Shown here piece after piece: positions 1-11,800 of a stretch of 64,000 nt of DNA (positions are counted from its first letter, which is position 1; every line of letters begins with the position of its first letter). The translations under genes were made by a program, and so were the position numbers. The notes beneath the pieces are model-generated. The model saw only the letters and a list, made by a program, of their open reading frames with translations. It was not told the DNA's origin and made no database searches. Source of the DNA: Balanoglossus misakiensis (taxonomy: Eukaryota > Animalia > Hemichordata); contig CM082588.2 in assembly GCA_040954595.2 (NCBI GenBank), positions 12,103,398-12,167,397 on the forward strand, read 5' to 3'.

Positions 1-511
1 TTATATTTGAACGCAAAGTATAAAATTCCTTTGTGCCGTAGAAATGAAAATCTGCATTTTGTGGTCCTTCTGCTGGTGAGAAGCAACGGATAAATTCAGC
101 ATGCTCATCGCCCAGGAAATTTAGGTGTACAGAAAAAAAAAAACTAGAATGACAACAGCTATGCATGCAGCTATGCAGGCTAACAATAGAAACACAGAGA
201 ACAGTTCTCCATATTCGTTTTTAATACGATAAGATTCACTGAAATTGGCGGGTCCGTGGGCAGGCAAAGTCATTTCCAACTCGGCTTGCAAATCAGACCC
301 ATGTCTCTTGTTCCCTGATACTGTCTGCTTCTAATAATAGCAATAAGAACTTGACTGTTGTCCGAACTTTTGGTTCAATTTCGCAACATTTTATGATTTC
401 AAGCAGTGCATATTTAACTCTGTTTCAACTTTGGTTGGATGGATAATGATGAAGCCATTTCACTGACAAAATAACGCTACGAATGGACGTCAATATTTGT
501 TTACAGGCAAA

Positions 512-2042
512 TACATTATTGTTAATGTTTATTTCAGATAAAAAATAATCCATAGGAGGTAAACAAGAAAAAAAATACTTCTGGTTAAAATAGTCTTTGA
601 CACCAAACATTCCATAATAAAATTTTTGAAAAAATAGACTTGGGCAGTACAGAAGACACGATCAAAGTACTAGAAAGCTGAAACCTGCTCATTAAACTAT
701 ATGACTTTTTTTCCTTAAGTATCTCATCAAGAGTTAAAACATTTAGATTATCAAGCAATAAAGTATTACTTTGAACATGACTATGTTCGAAACCTGTTAA
801 TTTACGAAATATCAGAGAATATGCTGTTCTAGTGGTATAAAACATGTTCATAGAAAAATTACACCACAAATGAGAATTGAACAGAATGTCACAAAAAACT
901 GAAATTATATTATACCAGTATATTGATGGTGTAAATCACGCTATTTGATTGGTCGAGACACGACACGTGACCGTGATATATTAGCCATATACCACAGTCA
1001 TATATCATAGTCAAAGAAAATGCCTTTTTAAAATGTTTTATGCAAAGTTTCAATATACTGGCATAATATAATAGCAATAAAACACCCCCAGCCATGGTAT
1101 ACCACTCGATTTTGACCAGTTCAACTCCATGTCGTGAACTGGTCAAAATCTCGTGGTATACCATGGCTGGGGGTGTTTTATTGCTTAAATATATGACATT
1201 TGACCGATAAAGATGCAAATTTATAATCACAAAGGATAGCGTTTCCCCCCTAAAGTATAAAAAACAACTCTGAGCTTGAATATCCTCATTATCTTTAAGG
1301 TTTCAAGATATTAAATGACCAAGACATTTGTAAACATTAACATAACTCAGTAGTCTACCATTTAAATAAATTGGAACTGTTTTAAGTTACCTAACACTGG
1401 GTTGAATTAGCATAAACACCGTCTTTTTCTCATTGAAAAGTATCGCATTTATACTGCCTTAACGACCACAGCAATTAACTAACATTTGGTGACCGTAGGC
1501 TCCAGTAGAGAAAATAACTATATCGAAATGTTTCAACCTGTAATCGCCAAGAAGACATCTGAACTGAAGTTTTGATAAATTCCCACTGAAATCATCTAAG
1601 TACACTGTGAAAAAAATTGGAGATGAAATTCCGCCCTGTTTAACATCTTTTTTAGACTAGAATGGTGCAGTATAGATCCGTTCCATTTAACAACAAAATC
1701 TTGAAAAGTCTAACACTTTGAGACGTTCATAAAAGTAACAAAAACATGCGTGTTATGATGTTTATAATAACTCAGAATTTCCTTCAATACAAAAATGGCT
1801 AAATCAGTACAATGTTCTGGTTAAAAACCAAATTGATGATTCGTAGAACAGAGACAATCCATAAAGTTTAGAGGCCGTTGTTGCAAATGCATTGCCATCA
1901 GAAAAATACACATTTTTGTATAACTGCAAGATCTCGCACAGCTGTGAAATTCTAAGGAAATTCATTCATTGGATAAAATTTGTAGTTTATGGATTGTTAA
2001 ACAATCTTAGTCATGAAACCTAAATGGTTACCTCAGCAAAAC
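512..2042 (-). pseudogene. Decayed non-LTR retrotransposon (LINE, RTE-X/L2-like) ORF2 reverse transcriptase and 3' end
   Basis: Manual minus-strand translation from 1644 gives VKQGGISSPIFFTVYLDDFS...KHFDIVIFS...LVNCCGR*G...LFNEKKTVFM...LNGRLLSYVNVYKCLGHLIS, matching the LINE RT motifs GVxQGxxLSPxLF, FNxxKT and YKYLG. It has in-frame stops and the YADD motif is missing. NHLGF near 2030 resembles the NQFGF motif. ORF 585..869 (WCNF...AYSLIFRKLTG) resembles the post-RT region. Minus-strand CTGAAATAAAC plus an AAT-rich tail lies at ~512-538. Interrupted by the 904-1188 element. Confidence 0.8.
904..1188. mobile_element. Small non-autonomous element with two adjacent inverted repeats (Crypton-like architecture)
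   Basis: 23-bp inverted repeat 904-926 / 1050-1072 (1 mismatch), immediately followed by a hairpin with 51-bp arms 1073-1123 / 1135-1185 (2 mismatches, 11-nt loop). It sits inside the LINE coding frame. The Crypton assignment is from recalled similarity of architecture only. Confidence 0.65.
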
Positions 2043-3676
2043 TATGGCAAGCCAAGTGTTGCAAATTTCAATAAAACCATTTTTGTGTTCATGAAGACCA
2101 TGTTTGTGTTCAATAAAACCATGTTTATGTTGATACACTTTTTCAACACTAGATGGCGCTCTGCAATATTTCAAGCAGACGATGCTGAGTGGGATTTGCC
2201 TTTGGATTCAGATACGTTTTATTGTTGAAAAATGTCACACATTTTATTTAGAGGTTGATCAATTGCATTCGTCTTTAAGCAGGAAACATTTGTTTTGTAG
2301 CCAAAACTGAGAGTTGTCCGAAATTGGATAAGGCATTTGAGTAAACATTCAGGATCGTTTATAGTGGCTAGAGTAAAAATGCTGGTTTATAGAAATTGTT
2401 GTCAAGGGGAGTTGTTGGGCTACATAAGTGCAGCAAGGTGGGTTACTGTGCCAAACCACTCTACTAAGCCAATTTCCTGGTGCAATTGATATATTATTTA
2501 TACAAGCCTGTGCTTATGGCCACATGCATCTCTGACTACAGCAGAGCCTGTGCTTAGGGACCGTATAGTTTTTAGGGGGGGGGGGTCAGCAAAATCCTAG
2601 CGGGGTCACATAAATTTTGACATCCAATAGGGTGGGGGCTCATGTTTTTTTTAAACGTTTGGGGGTCACATGCTTTTGCCCCCTTTGGTTTTGAGTCCAC
2701 AATAATGCAGTTTCGAGCCCTTTATTTTACAGATTTTTCTATACCCTCCTCCTTCATTCTCCACCACATTTCATTTATTAGCTGGGGTATCCAGCGTACC
2801 AGGGCAGAGTACTTGCCACCGCACCCCCACGGATTCTAACATTGAGTTGATTTGTTTTTGAGTTCCTTAAAATACAACTTTGAGCTCCGTATTGTACACC
2901 CCTTCCCACACCCACTCCTTCACTTCTTTTGTTTTACAACCTGTGTTTGAACATATTTTTCTCAAGTCATTAATATTGCAGAAATTGTTTTCCTCTATAC
3001 CATCTGCCAGCATTTTTCTCTCCAAAAGTCCCCTATCCCCATCATTGCATGGGGCTATGGGGCTAAATATGTACATGTATTAATAATAGATAACATTCAG
3101 ACCATGCTACTGTACAGAGGGTTATTTATAATTACAGTTTTCATGTTTTTTGCTACATTTTATGTAAGTGTACCTCTGTAATTACTCAGCATTCTTAGTA
3201 ATATGTACCCTTATATTGTCCACTTTGCCAACGCCTAGCCATGTCACTGATACAACAAAGCCCTATACCCATTGCTTGGAAGTGTGATCTAACTGGTATC
3301 CCCTTGAAGTCAATCTCAAATTTTGTTTATCCAATGAGTGGACACAGAATATACATGGTTAACTTTAAGAAAGGATTGGTAACATTTCAAATCATAAGCC
3401 ATGTTTTCTTTATGATACAGACACAGTCCTCAGGATGTTGGGGTCCATGTGACCCCTTCCTAAAGGGGCCCCGCCACCACTATGCATTATAGGCAAAGGG
3501 CATTGCAGAGCGCCATCTTGTGACAAATTGTGTTCATGAACACAAAAATGTACTATTCGTTTTTGACACAAACATGTTTTTTTATGAACACAAACATGCT
3601 TTTTTATGAACACAAACATGGTTTTCATGGACACACAAATGGTTTTATTGAATTTTGCAACACTTGGCTTGCCATA
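2043..3676. mobile_element. MITE with long TIRs and TATGG...CCATA termini (IS3EU-like)
   Basis: TATGGCAAGCCAAGTGTTGCAAATTTCAATAAAACCAT at 2043 is the inverse of the sequence ending ...CACTTGGCTTGCCATA at 3676. Inverted similarity extends ~125-175 bp and includes ~21-bp subterminal tandem repeats. Flanks CAAAAC (2037-2042) and TAAAAC (3677-3682) form a 5/6 match to a 6-bp TSD. No transposase ORF. Confidence 0.8.
2557..2940 (+). mobile_element. Truncated, diverged copy of the 4714-5860 Harbinger-type MITE family nested in the IS3EU-like MITE
   Basis: Begins TTA|GGGACCGTATAGTTTTTA followed by a G-run. Shares ordered blocks with 4714-5500 (TTTTGAGTCCACAA, CCTTCATTCTCC, ACCAGGGCAGAGT, TAACATTGAGTT). 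No right TIR found and the right boundary is approximate. Confidence 0.7.
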
Positions 3677-4713
3677 TAAAACTGTGTTAAATTTCGTCAT
3701 CAATTGCTTGAAATCACACAGGACATCCCCAGAGCTAAGTTACCCATGCAGAAATCAGTTGCATCTCAGCTTGCAAATTGGGACTAAGTCATGTCTTCAT
3801 TGGGACTGTCTGCAGTCTCGTTCACAGTCCTTTGTGCTCATTTGTGAACTTAGAAATGTTCTTTCCTTTGAATAAATATGGGCCACTAGAACAATTTCAG
3901 CTTATTTGCCAATAGAGAGGTTTAGTTACACTTACACGTAAATATGCGTACGTCTGATGGCAGCAGTGGCATTCGCATAGGTGTTTTGCAGTTTAGTTGT
4001 CCGTTTTGAGTATTAATAGAAAATTCAAATTTTTTTCACTTAAAATTTTGTGTGTTATGAATATTCTCTAAGATCACCACCCTTGCAATAGGTTTCTTGA
4101 CTGCAGTGGAAATATACTTTAGTAAAGTTTTCCGATGTCTTAATCGAGGCGTCCACTGAAAACTTATCATGGGAATAAATTTTGTGTTCATGTTTTTAAA
4201 ACGCCAAATACTGCCGGTTTTAGCACATATGGCAGAAATCTTTCAGATTACATGGATGCTGGCTACATCACAATTGCACTTTCAGAGATCAATCCTCAAA
4301 TTAGAGAGAGAATATCGAAAAATCATGATTACGCGTAGAAGCGTCGCTTGCCGTACCGAACGTCTGCTCTACACATACGCAATGTATCTTTATCACATGA
4401 CAACGACGCTACACGTGCTGATCGAACGTATTTACGTGTAACTAAACCTCTCTACTGTTATTCACAAAATACTGGGATTCATGTCCTAGTACATCGTATG
4501 CTTCGGTATTGTCCTCCAGCGGCACGTCTCGGACAATGTTATAGTTAAACCCAGGTAGCCATATGATGTCAGGCAAATGGTCTCCTGCCCTCTAACCTCT
4601 TACCTGGAGTGGAGTGGAGTGGAGTGCCATTGGTAAAACATATTTATATTTTTGTGTGTTGACGTACCTAGATTGTGTGAGTGAGGATGCATCTGTCAGA
4701 TGACACCAGCTAA

Positions 4714-5860
4714 GGGACCGTTCAGTTTTTACGGCCGGGGGGGGGGGGGGCGGCAAAATCCAGGGGGGGGGGTCACTTAAATTTTGAAGTCCACAAGGGG
4801 GGGTCATCTGGATTTTTTAAACGTTTATGGGGGGGGTCACATACTTTTGCCACCGAACTTTTGCTTTTGAGTCCACAAAATTGCAGTTTCGCACCCTTTA
4901 TTTTACAAAATTTTCTAATGTGGGAGGGGGACACCCACCCCCTTCATTCTCCGCCACATTTCATTTTTTGCTGGTTTGTCTAGTGTACCAGGGCAGAGTG
5001 CTTGCCACCCCAACCCCACCGATGATAATATTTAACAAAGTGAATACATAAAGGAGAATAATTGTTTAAACCATTTTGCATAACTGATAGTTTCGCGCTG
5101 CATCTTCTATATACTAGAAGTTTTATAAATGATGTCATGACAAGATGACGCCAAATCTTCTAACTTTGAGTGGAGTGGCAAAAAGTAAAATCCTCCCAAA
5201 CATTGAGATAATTTGCTTTTAAGTTCATTAAAATGCAACTTTGCGCTACATATTTTACAAAATTTTCTTATGTGGGAGGGGGACACTCCCTCCCAAACCC
5301 ACCCCTCCGTTCAAGGCCACATTGCATTTATTCACTGGTTTGTCTAGTGTACCAGGGAAGACTTCTTGCCACCCCACCTCGATGCTTACTTTGAGTGGAG
5401 TGGCAAAATTAAAATTTGTCCTCCCTAACATTGAGTTAATTTGCTTTTGAGTTCATTAAATTGCAACTTTGAGCACCGTATTTTACAAAATTTTCTTACG
5501 CCCACCCCCACCACTTTTCTTGTTTTACCGATTCTAGCAACTATTGTATTGACTTGTCATTTTCTTTTGTTCATAGATTTCTTTATTGCAACGATATACT
5601 ATTATATACTTCAATAATACTTTAAGAAATATATAATTGAGGTGTGAGGAGCCTCATTCCCTTTATTGCATACAGTGTACATAGGATCAGAACGGCGAAT
5701 ATTTTGGGCGTGGGGGGGGGGGTTCATCATATTTTTGGGTCTGTCAAAGGGGGGTCATCATTTTTTGGTCCTGGGTGAAGGGGGGGGGGGTTGGCCTGAT
5801 TTTGAGAACCGATGACTCAAACTTGCCACCCCCCCCCTGCCGTAAAAACTGAACGGTCCC
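4714..5860. mobile_element. PIF/Harbinger-type (Tourist-like) MITE
   Basis: Perfect 22-bp TIR GGGACCGTTCAGTTTTTACGGC (4714-4735 / 5839-5860) flanked by TAA on both sides (4711-4713, 5861-5863). Internal G/C runs and diverged internal repeats. No coding capacity. Confidence 0.88.
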
Positions 5861-8800
5861 TAAATGGTATTCAAAGCAAGGTCACGTAACAGGATATGTA
5901 TAGTTTCAAGGCTTTGTTTTGGAATAACGAATTCTCTACAAGATTTAAGTGGAACAGTCACACAAAATGAAAACAAATATGGAAAGAGTTATGCTGGAAT
6001 GTTGTAAGGGATAGATTAATATTGCAAATAATGTAATTTCTTATATCATAAATGGTATTCAAAGAAAGGTCACATAACAGGATATGTTTAGTTTCAAGGC
6101 TTTGTTTTGGAATAACGAATTCTCTACAAGATTTAAGTGGAACAGTCACAGAATGAAAACAAATATGGAAAGAGTTATGCTGGAATGTTGTAAGGGATAG
6201 ATTAATATTGCAAATAATGTAATTTCTTACATCATAAATGGTATTCAAAGAAAGGTCACGTAACAGGATATGTTATACAAAAAAAGACATGTATATTTTC
6301 AAGGCTTTGTTTTGGAATAACAAATTCTCTCCAAGATTTAAGTGAAACAGTCACAGAATGAAAACAAATATGGAAAGAGTTATGCCGGAATGTTGTAAAG
6401 GTTAGAATAATATTGCACATAATTTAATTTCTTACATCATAAATGGAATTCAAAGAATGGTCACATAACAGGATATGTTTTACTAAAAAGACTTAAGTAA
6501 AATTTCAAGGGTTTGTGTTGAAATACTGAATTCACTACAAGATTTAAGTGGATCAGTCACAGAATGAAAGCAAATATGGAAAGAGTTATGCTGGAATGTT
6601 GTAAGGGATAGATTAATATTGCAAATAATGTAATTTCTTACATCATAAATGGTATTCAAAGAAAGGTCACATGGGAGGATATGTATAGTTTCAAGGTTTT
6701 GTTTTAGAATAACGAATTCTCTACAAGATTTAAGTGGAACAGTCACAGAAAGAAAACAAATATGGAAAGAGTTATGCTGGAATGTTGTATGGGATAGATT
6801 AATATTGCAAATAATGTAATTTCTTACATCATAAATGGTATTCAAAGAAAGGTCACGTAACAGGATATGTATAGTTTCAAGGCTTTGTGTTGAAATACCA
6901 AATTCTTTCCAAAATTTAAGTGGAACAGTCACAAAATGAAAACAAATATGGAAAGAGTTATGCTGAGATGTTGTAAGGGATAGATTAATATTGCAAATAA
7001 TGTAATTTGTTACATCATAAATGGTATTCAAAGAAAGGTCACGTAACAGGATATGTATAGTTTCAAGGCTTTGTTTTGGAATAACGAATTCACTACAAGA
7101 ATTAAGTGCAACAGTCACAAAATGAAAACAAATATGGAAAGAGTTTTGCTGGAATGTTGTAAGGGATAGATTAATATTGCAAATAATGTAATTTCTTACA
7201 TCATAAATGGTATTCAAAGAAAGGTCACATAACAGGATATGTATAGTTTCAAGGCTTTGTTTTGGAATAACGAATTCTCTACAAGATTTAAGTGGAACAG
7301 TCACAGAATGAAAACAAATATGGAAAGAGTTATGCTGGAATGTTGTATGGGATAGATTAATATTGCAAATAATGTAATTTCTTACATCATAAATGGTATT
7401 CAAAGAAAGGTCACGTAACAGGATATGAAAACAAATATGGAAAGAGTTATGCTGAGATGTTGTAAGGGATAGATTAATATTGCAAATAATGTAATTTGTT
7501 ACATCATAAATAGTATTCAAAGAAAGGTCACGTAACAGGATATGTATAGTTTCAAGGCTTTGTTTTGGAATAACGAATTCACTACAAGAATTAAGTGCAA
7601 CAGTCACAAAATGAAAACAAATATGGAAAGAGTTTTGCTGGAATGTTGTAAGGGATAGATTAATATTGCAAATAATGTAATTTCTTACATCATAAATGGT
7701 ATTCAAAGAAAGGTCACATAACAGGATATGTATATTTTCAAGGCTTTGTTTTGGAATAACGAATTCTCTACAAGATTTAAGTGGAACAGTCACAGAATGA
7801 AAACAAATATGGAAAGAGTTATGCCGGAATGTTGTAAGGGATAGATTAATATTGAAAATAATTTAATTTTTAACATCATAAATGGAATTCAAAGAATGGT
7901 CACATAACGGGCCATGTTTTACTAAAAAACTTCTGTATAGTTTCAAGGGTTTGTGTTGAAATTCCGAATTCTCTCCAAGATTTAAGTGGAACAGTTACAG
8001 AATGAAAACAAATATTCAAATAGTTATGCTGGAATGTTGTAAGGGATAGATTAATATTGCAAAAAAATAAATTTCTTACATCATAAATAGAATTCAAAGA
8101 ATGGTCACATAACAGGCCATGCTTTACTAAAAAGACTTATGTATAGTTTCAAGGGTTTGTGTTGAAATACCGAATTCTTTCCAAGATTTAAGTGGAACAG
8201 TCACAAAATGAAAACAAATATGGAAAGAGTTATGCTGAGATGTTGTAAGGGATAAATTAATATTGCAATAATGTAATTTGTTACATCATAAATGGTATCC
8301 AAAGAAAGGTCACGTAACAGGATATGTATAGTTTCAAGGCTTTGTTTTGGAATAATGAATTCACTACAAGAATTAAGTGCAACAGTCACAAAATGAAAAC
8401 AAATATGGAAAGAGTTTTGCTGGAATGTTGTAAGGGATAGATTAATATTGCAAAAAAATAAATTTCTTACATCATAAATAGAATTCAAAGAATGGTCACA
8501 TAACAGGCCATGCTTTACTAAAAAGACTTATGTATAGTTTCAAGGGTTTGTGTTGAAATACTGAATTCACTACAAGATTTAAGTGGAACAGTCACAGAAT
8601 GAAAGCAAATATGGAAAGAGTTATGCTGGAATGTTGTAAGGGATAGATTAATATTGCAAATAATTTAATTTCTTACATCATAAATAGAATTCAAAGAAAG
8701 GTCATATAAGAGGATATGTATATTTTCAAGGCTTTGTTTTGGAATAATGAATTCTCTACAAGATTTAAGTGGAACAGTCACAGAATGAAAACTAATATGG

Positions 8801-11800
8801 AAAGAGTTATGCCGGAATGTTGTAAGGGATAGATTAATATTGCAAATAATTTAATTTCTTACATCATAAATGGAATTCAAAGAATGGTCACATAACGGGC
8901 CATGTTTTACTAAAAAACTTCTGTATAGTTTCAAGGGTTTGTGTTGAAATTCCGAATTCTCTCCAAGATTTAAGTGGAACAGTTACAGAATGAAAACAAA
9001 TATTGACATAGTTATGCTGGAATGGTGTAAGGGATAGATTAATATTGCAAAGAATTTAATTTCTTACATCATAAATGGAATTCAAAGAAAGGTCACGTAA
9101 CAGGATATGTATAGTTTCAAGGCTTTGTGTTGAAATACCAAATTCTTTCCAAGATTTAAGTGGAACAGTCACAGAATGAAAACAAATATGGAAAGAGGTA
9201 TGCTGAGATGTTGTAAGGGATAGATTAATATTACAAATAATGTAATTTGTTACATCATAAATGGTATTCAAAGAAAGGTCATATAAGAGGATATGTATAG
9301 TTTCAAGGCTTTGTTTTGGAATAACGAATTCTCTACAAGATTTAAGTGCAGCAGTCACACAGAATGAAAACAAATATGGAAAGAGTTATGCTGGAATGTT
9401 GTAAGGGATAGATTAATATTGCAAATAATGTAATTTCTTACATCATAAATGGTATTCAAAGAAAGGTCACATAGGAGGATATGTATAGTTTCAAGGCTTT
9501 GTTTTGGAATAACGAATTCTCTACAAGATTTAAGTGGAACAGTCACAGAATGAAAACAAATATGGAAAGAGTTATGGTGGAATGTTGTATGGGATAGATT
9601 AATATTGCAAATAATGTAATTTTTTACATCATAAATGGTATTCAAAGAAAGGTCACGTAACAGGATATGTATAGTTTCAAGGCTTTGTGTTGAAATACCA
9701 AAGTCTTTCCAAGATTTAAGTGGAACAGTCACAAAATGAAAACAAATATGGAAAGAGTTATGCTGAGATGTTGTAAGGGATAGATTAATATTGCAAATAA
9801 TGTAATTTGTTACATCATAAATGGTATTCAAAGAAAGGTCACGTAACAGGATATGTATAGTTTCAAGGCTTTGTTTTGGAATAACGAATTCACTACAAGA
9901 ATTAAGTGCAACAGTCACAGAATGAAAACAAATATGGAAAGAGTTATGCTGGAATGTTGTATGGGATAGATTAATATTGCAAATAATGTAATTTCTTACA
10001 TCATAAATGGTATTCAAAGAAAGGTCACGTAACAGGATATGAAAACAAATGTGGAAAGAGTTATGCTGAGATGTTGTAAGGGATAGATTAATATTGCAAA
10101 TAATGTAATTTGTTACATCATAAATGGTATTCAAAGAAAGGTCACGTAACAGGATATGTATAGTTTCAAGGCTTTGTTTTGGAATAACGAATTCACTACA
10201 AGAATTAAGTGCAACAGTCACAAAATGAAAACAAATATGGAAAGAGTTTTGCTGGAATGTTGTAAGGGATAGATTAATATTGCAAATAATGTAATTTCTT
10301 ACATCATAAATGGTATTCAAAGAAAGGTCACATAACAGGATATGTTTTTTTTCAAGGCTTTGTTTTGGAATAACGAATTCACTACAAGAATTAAGTGGAA
10401 CAGTCACAGAATGAAAACAAATATGGAAAGAGTTATGCCGGAATGTTGTAAGGGATAGATTAATATTGCAAATAATTTAATTTCTTACATCATAAATGGA
10501 ATTCAAAGAATGGTCACATAACAGGCCATGTTTTACTAAAAAACTTCTGTATAGTTTCAAGGGTTTGTGTTGAAATTCCGAATTCTCTCCAAGATTTAAG
10601 TGGAACAGTTACAGAATGAAAACAAATATTGAAATAGTTATGCTGGAATGTTGTAAGGGATAGATTAATATTGCAAAAAAATAAATTTCTTACATCATAA
10701 ATAGAATTCAAAGAATGGTCACATAACAGGCCATGCTTTACTAAAAAGACTTATGTATAGTTTCAAGGGTTTGTGTTGAAATACCGAATTCTCTCCAAGA
10801 TTTAAGTGGAACAGTCACAGAATTAAAACAAATATGGAAAGAGTTATGCTGGAATGTTGTAAGGGATAGATTAATGTTGCAAAGAATTTAATTTCTTACA
10901 TCATAAATGGAATTCAAAGAAAGGTCACGTAACAGGATATGTATAGTTTCAAGGCTTTGTGTTGAAATACCAAATTCTTTCCAAGATTTAAGTGGAACAG
11001 TCACAAAATGAAAACAAATATGGAAAGAGTTATGCTGAGATGTTGTAAGGGATGAATTAATATTGCAATAATGTAATTTCTTACATCATAAATGGTATTC
11101 AAAGAAAGGTCACATAACAGGATATGTATAGTTTCAATGCTTTGTTTTGGAATAACGAATTCTCTACAAGATTTAAGTGGAACAGTCACAGAATGAAAAC
11201 AAATATGGAAAGAGTTATGCTGGAATGTTGTATGGGATAGATTAATATTGCAAATAATGTAATTTCTTACATCATAAATTGTATTCAAAGAAAGGTCACA
11301 TAACAGGATATGTATAGTTTCAAGGCTTTGTTTTGGAATAACGAATTTCTACAAGATTTAAGTGGAACAGTCACAGAATGAAAACAAATATGGAAAGAGT
11401 TATGCTGGAATGTTGTATGGGATAGATTAATATTGCAAATAATGTAATTTCTTACATAATAAATGGTATTCAAAGAAAGGTCACGTAACAGGATATGTAT
11501 AGTTTCAAGGCTTTGCTTTGGAATAACGAATTCACTACAAGAATTAAGTGCAACAGTCACAAAATGAAAACAAATATGGAAAGAGTTTTGCTGGAATGTT
11601 GTAAGGGATAGATTAATATTGCAAATAATGTAATTTCTTACATCATAAATGGTATTCAAAGAAAGGTCACATAACAGGATATGTATATTTTCAAGGCTTT
11701 GCTTTGGAATAACGAATTCACTACAAGAATTAAGTGCAACAGTCACAAAATGAAAACAAATATGGAAAGAGTTTTGCTGGAATGTTGTAAGGGATAGATT

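Noticed and set aside
3683-4450. Possible upstream continuation of the LINE (KFIPMI, KPIARV resembling IVPIxK, YRPIAL)
   Set aside because: Similarity is too weak to support by eye.
4606-4626. (GGAGT)4 microsatellite and nearby G-runs
   Set aside because: Short simple repeats; the G-runs are part of the MITE, with no evidence of function.
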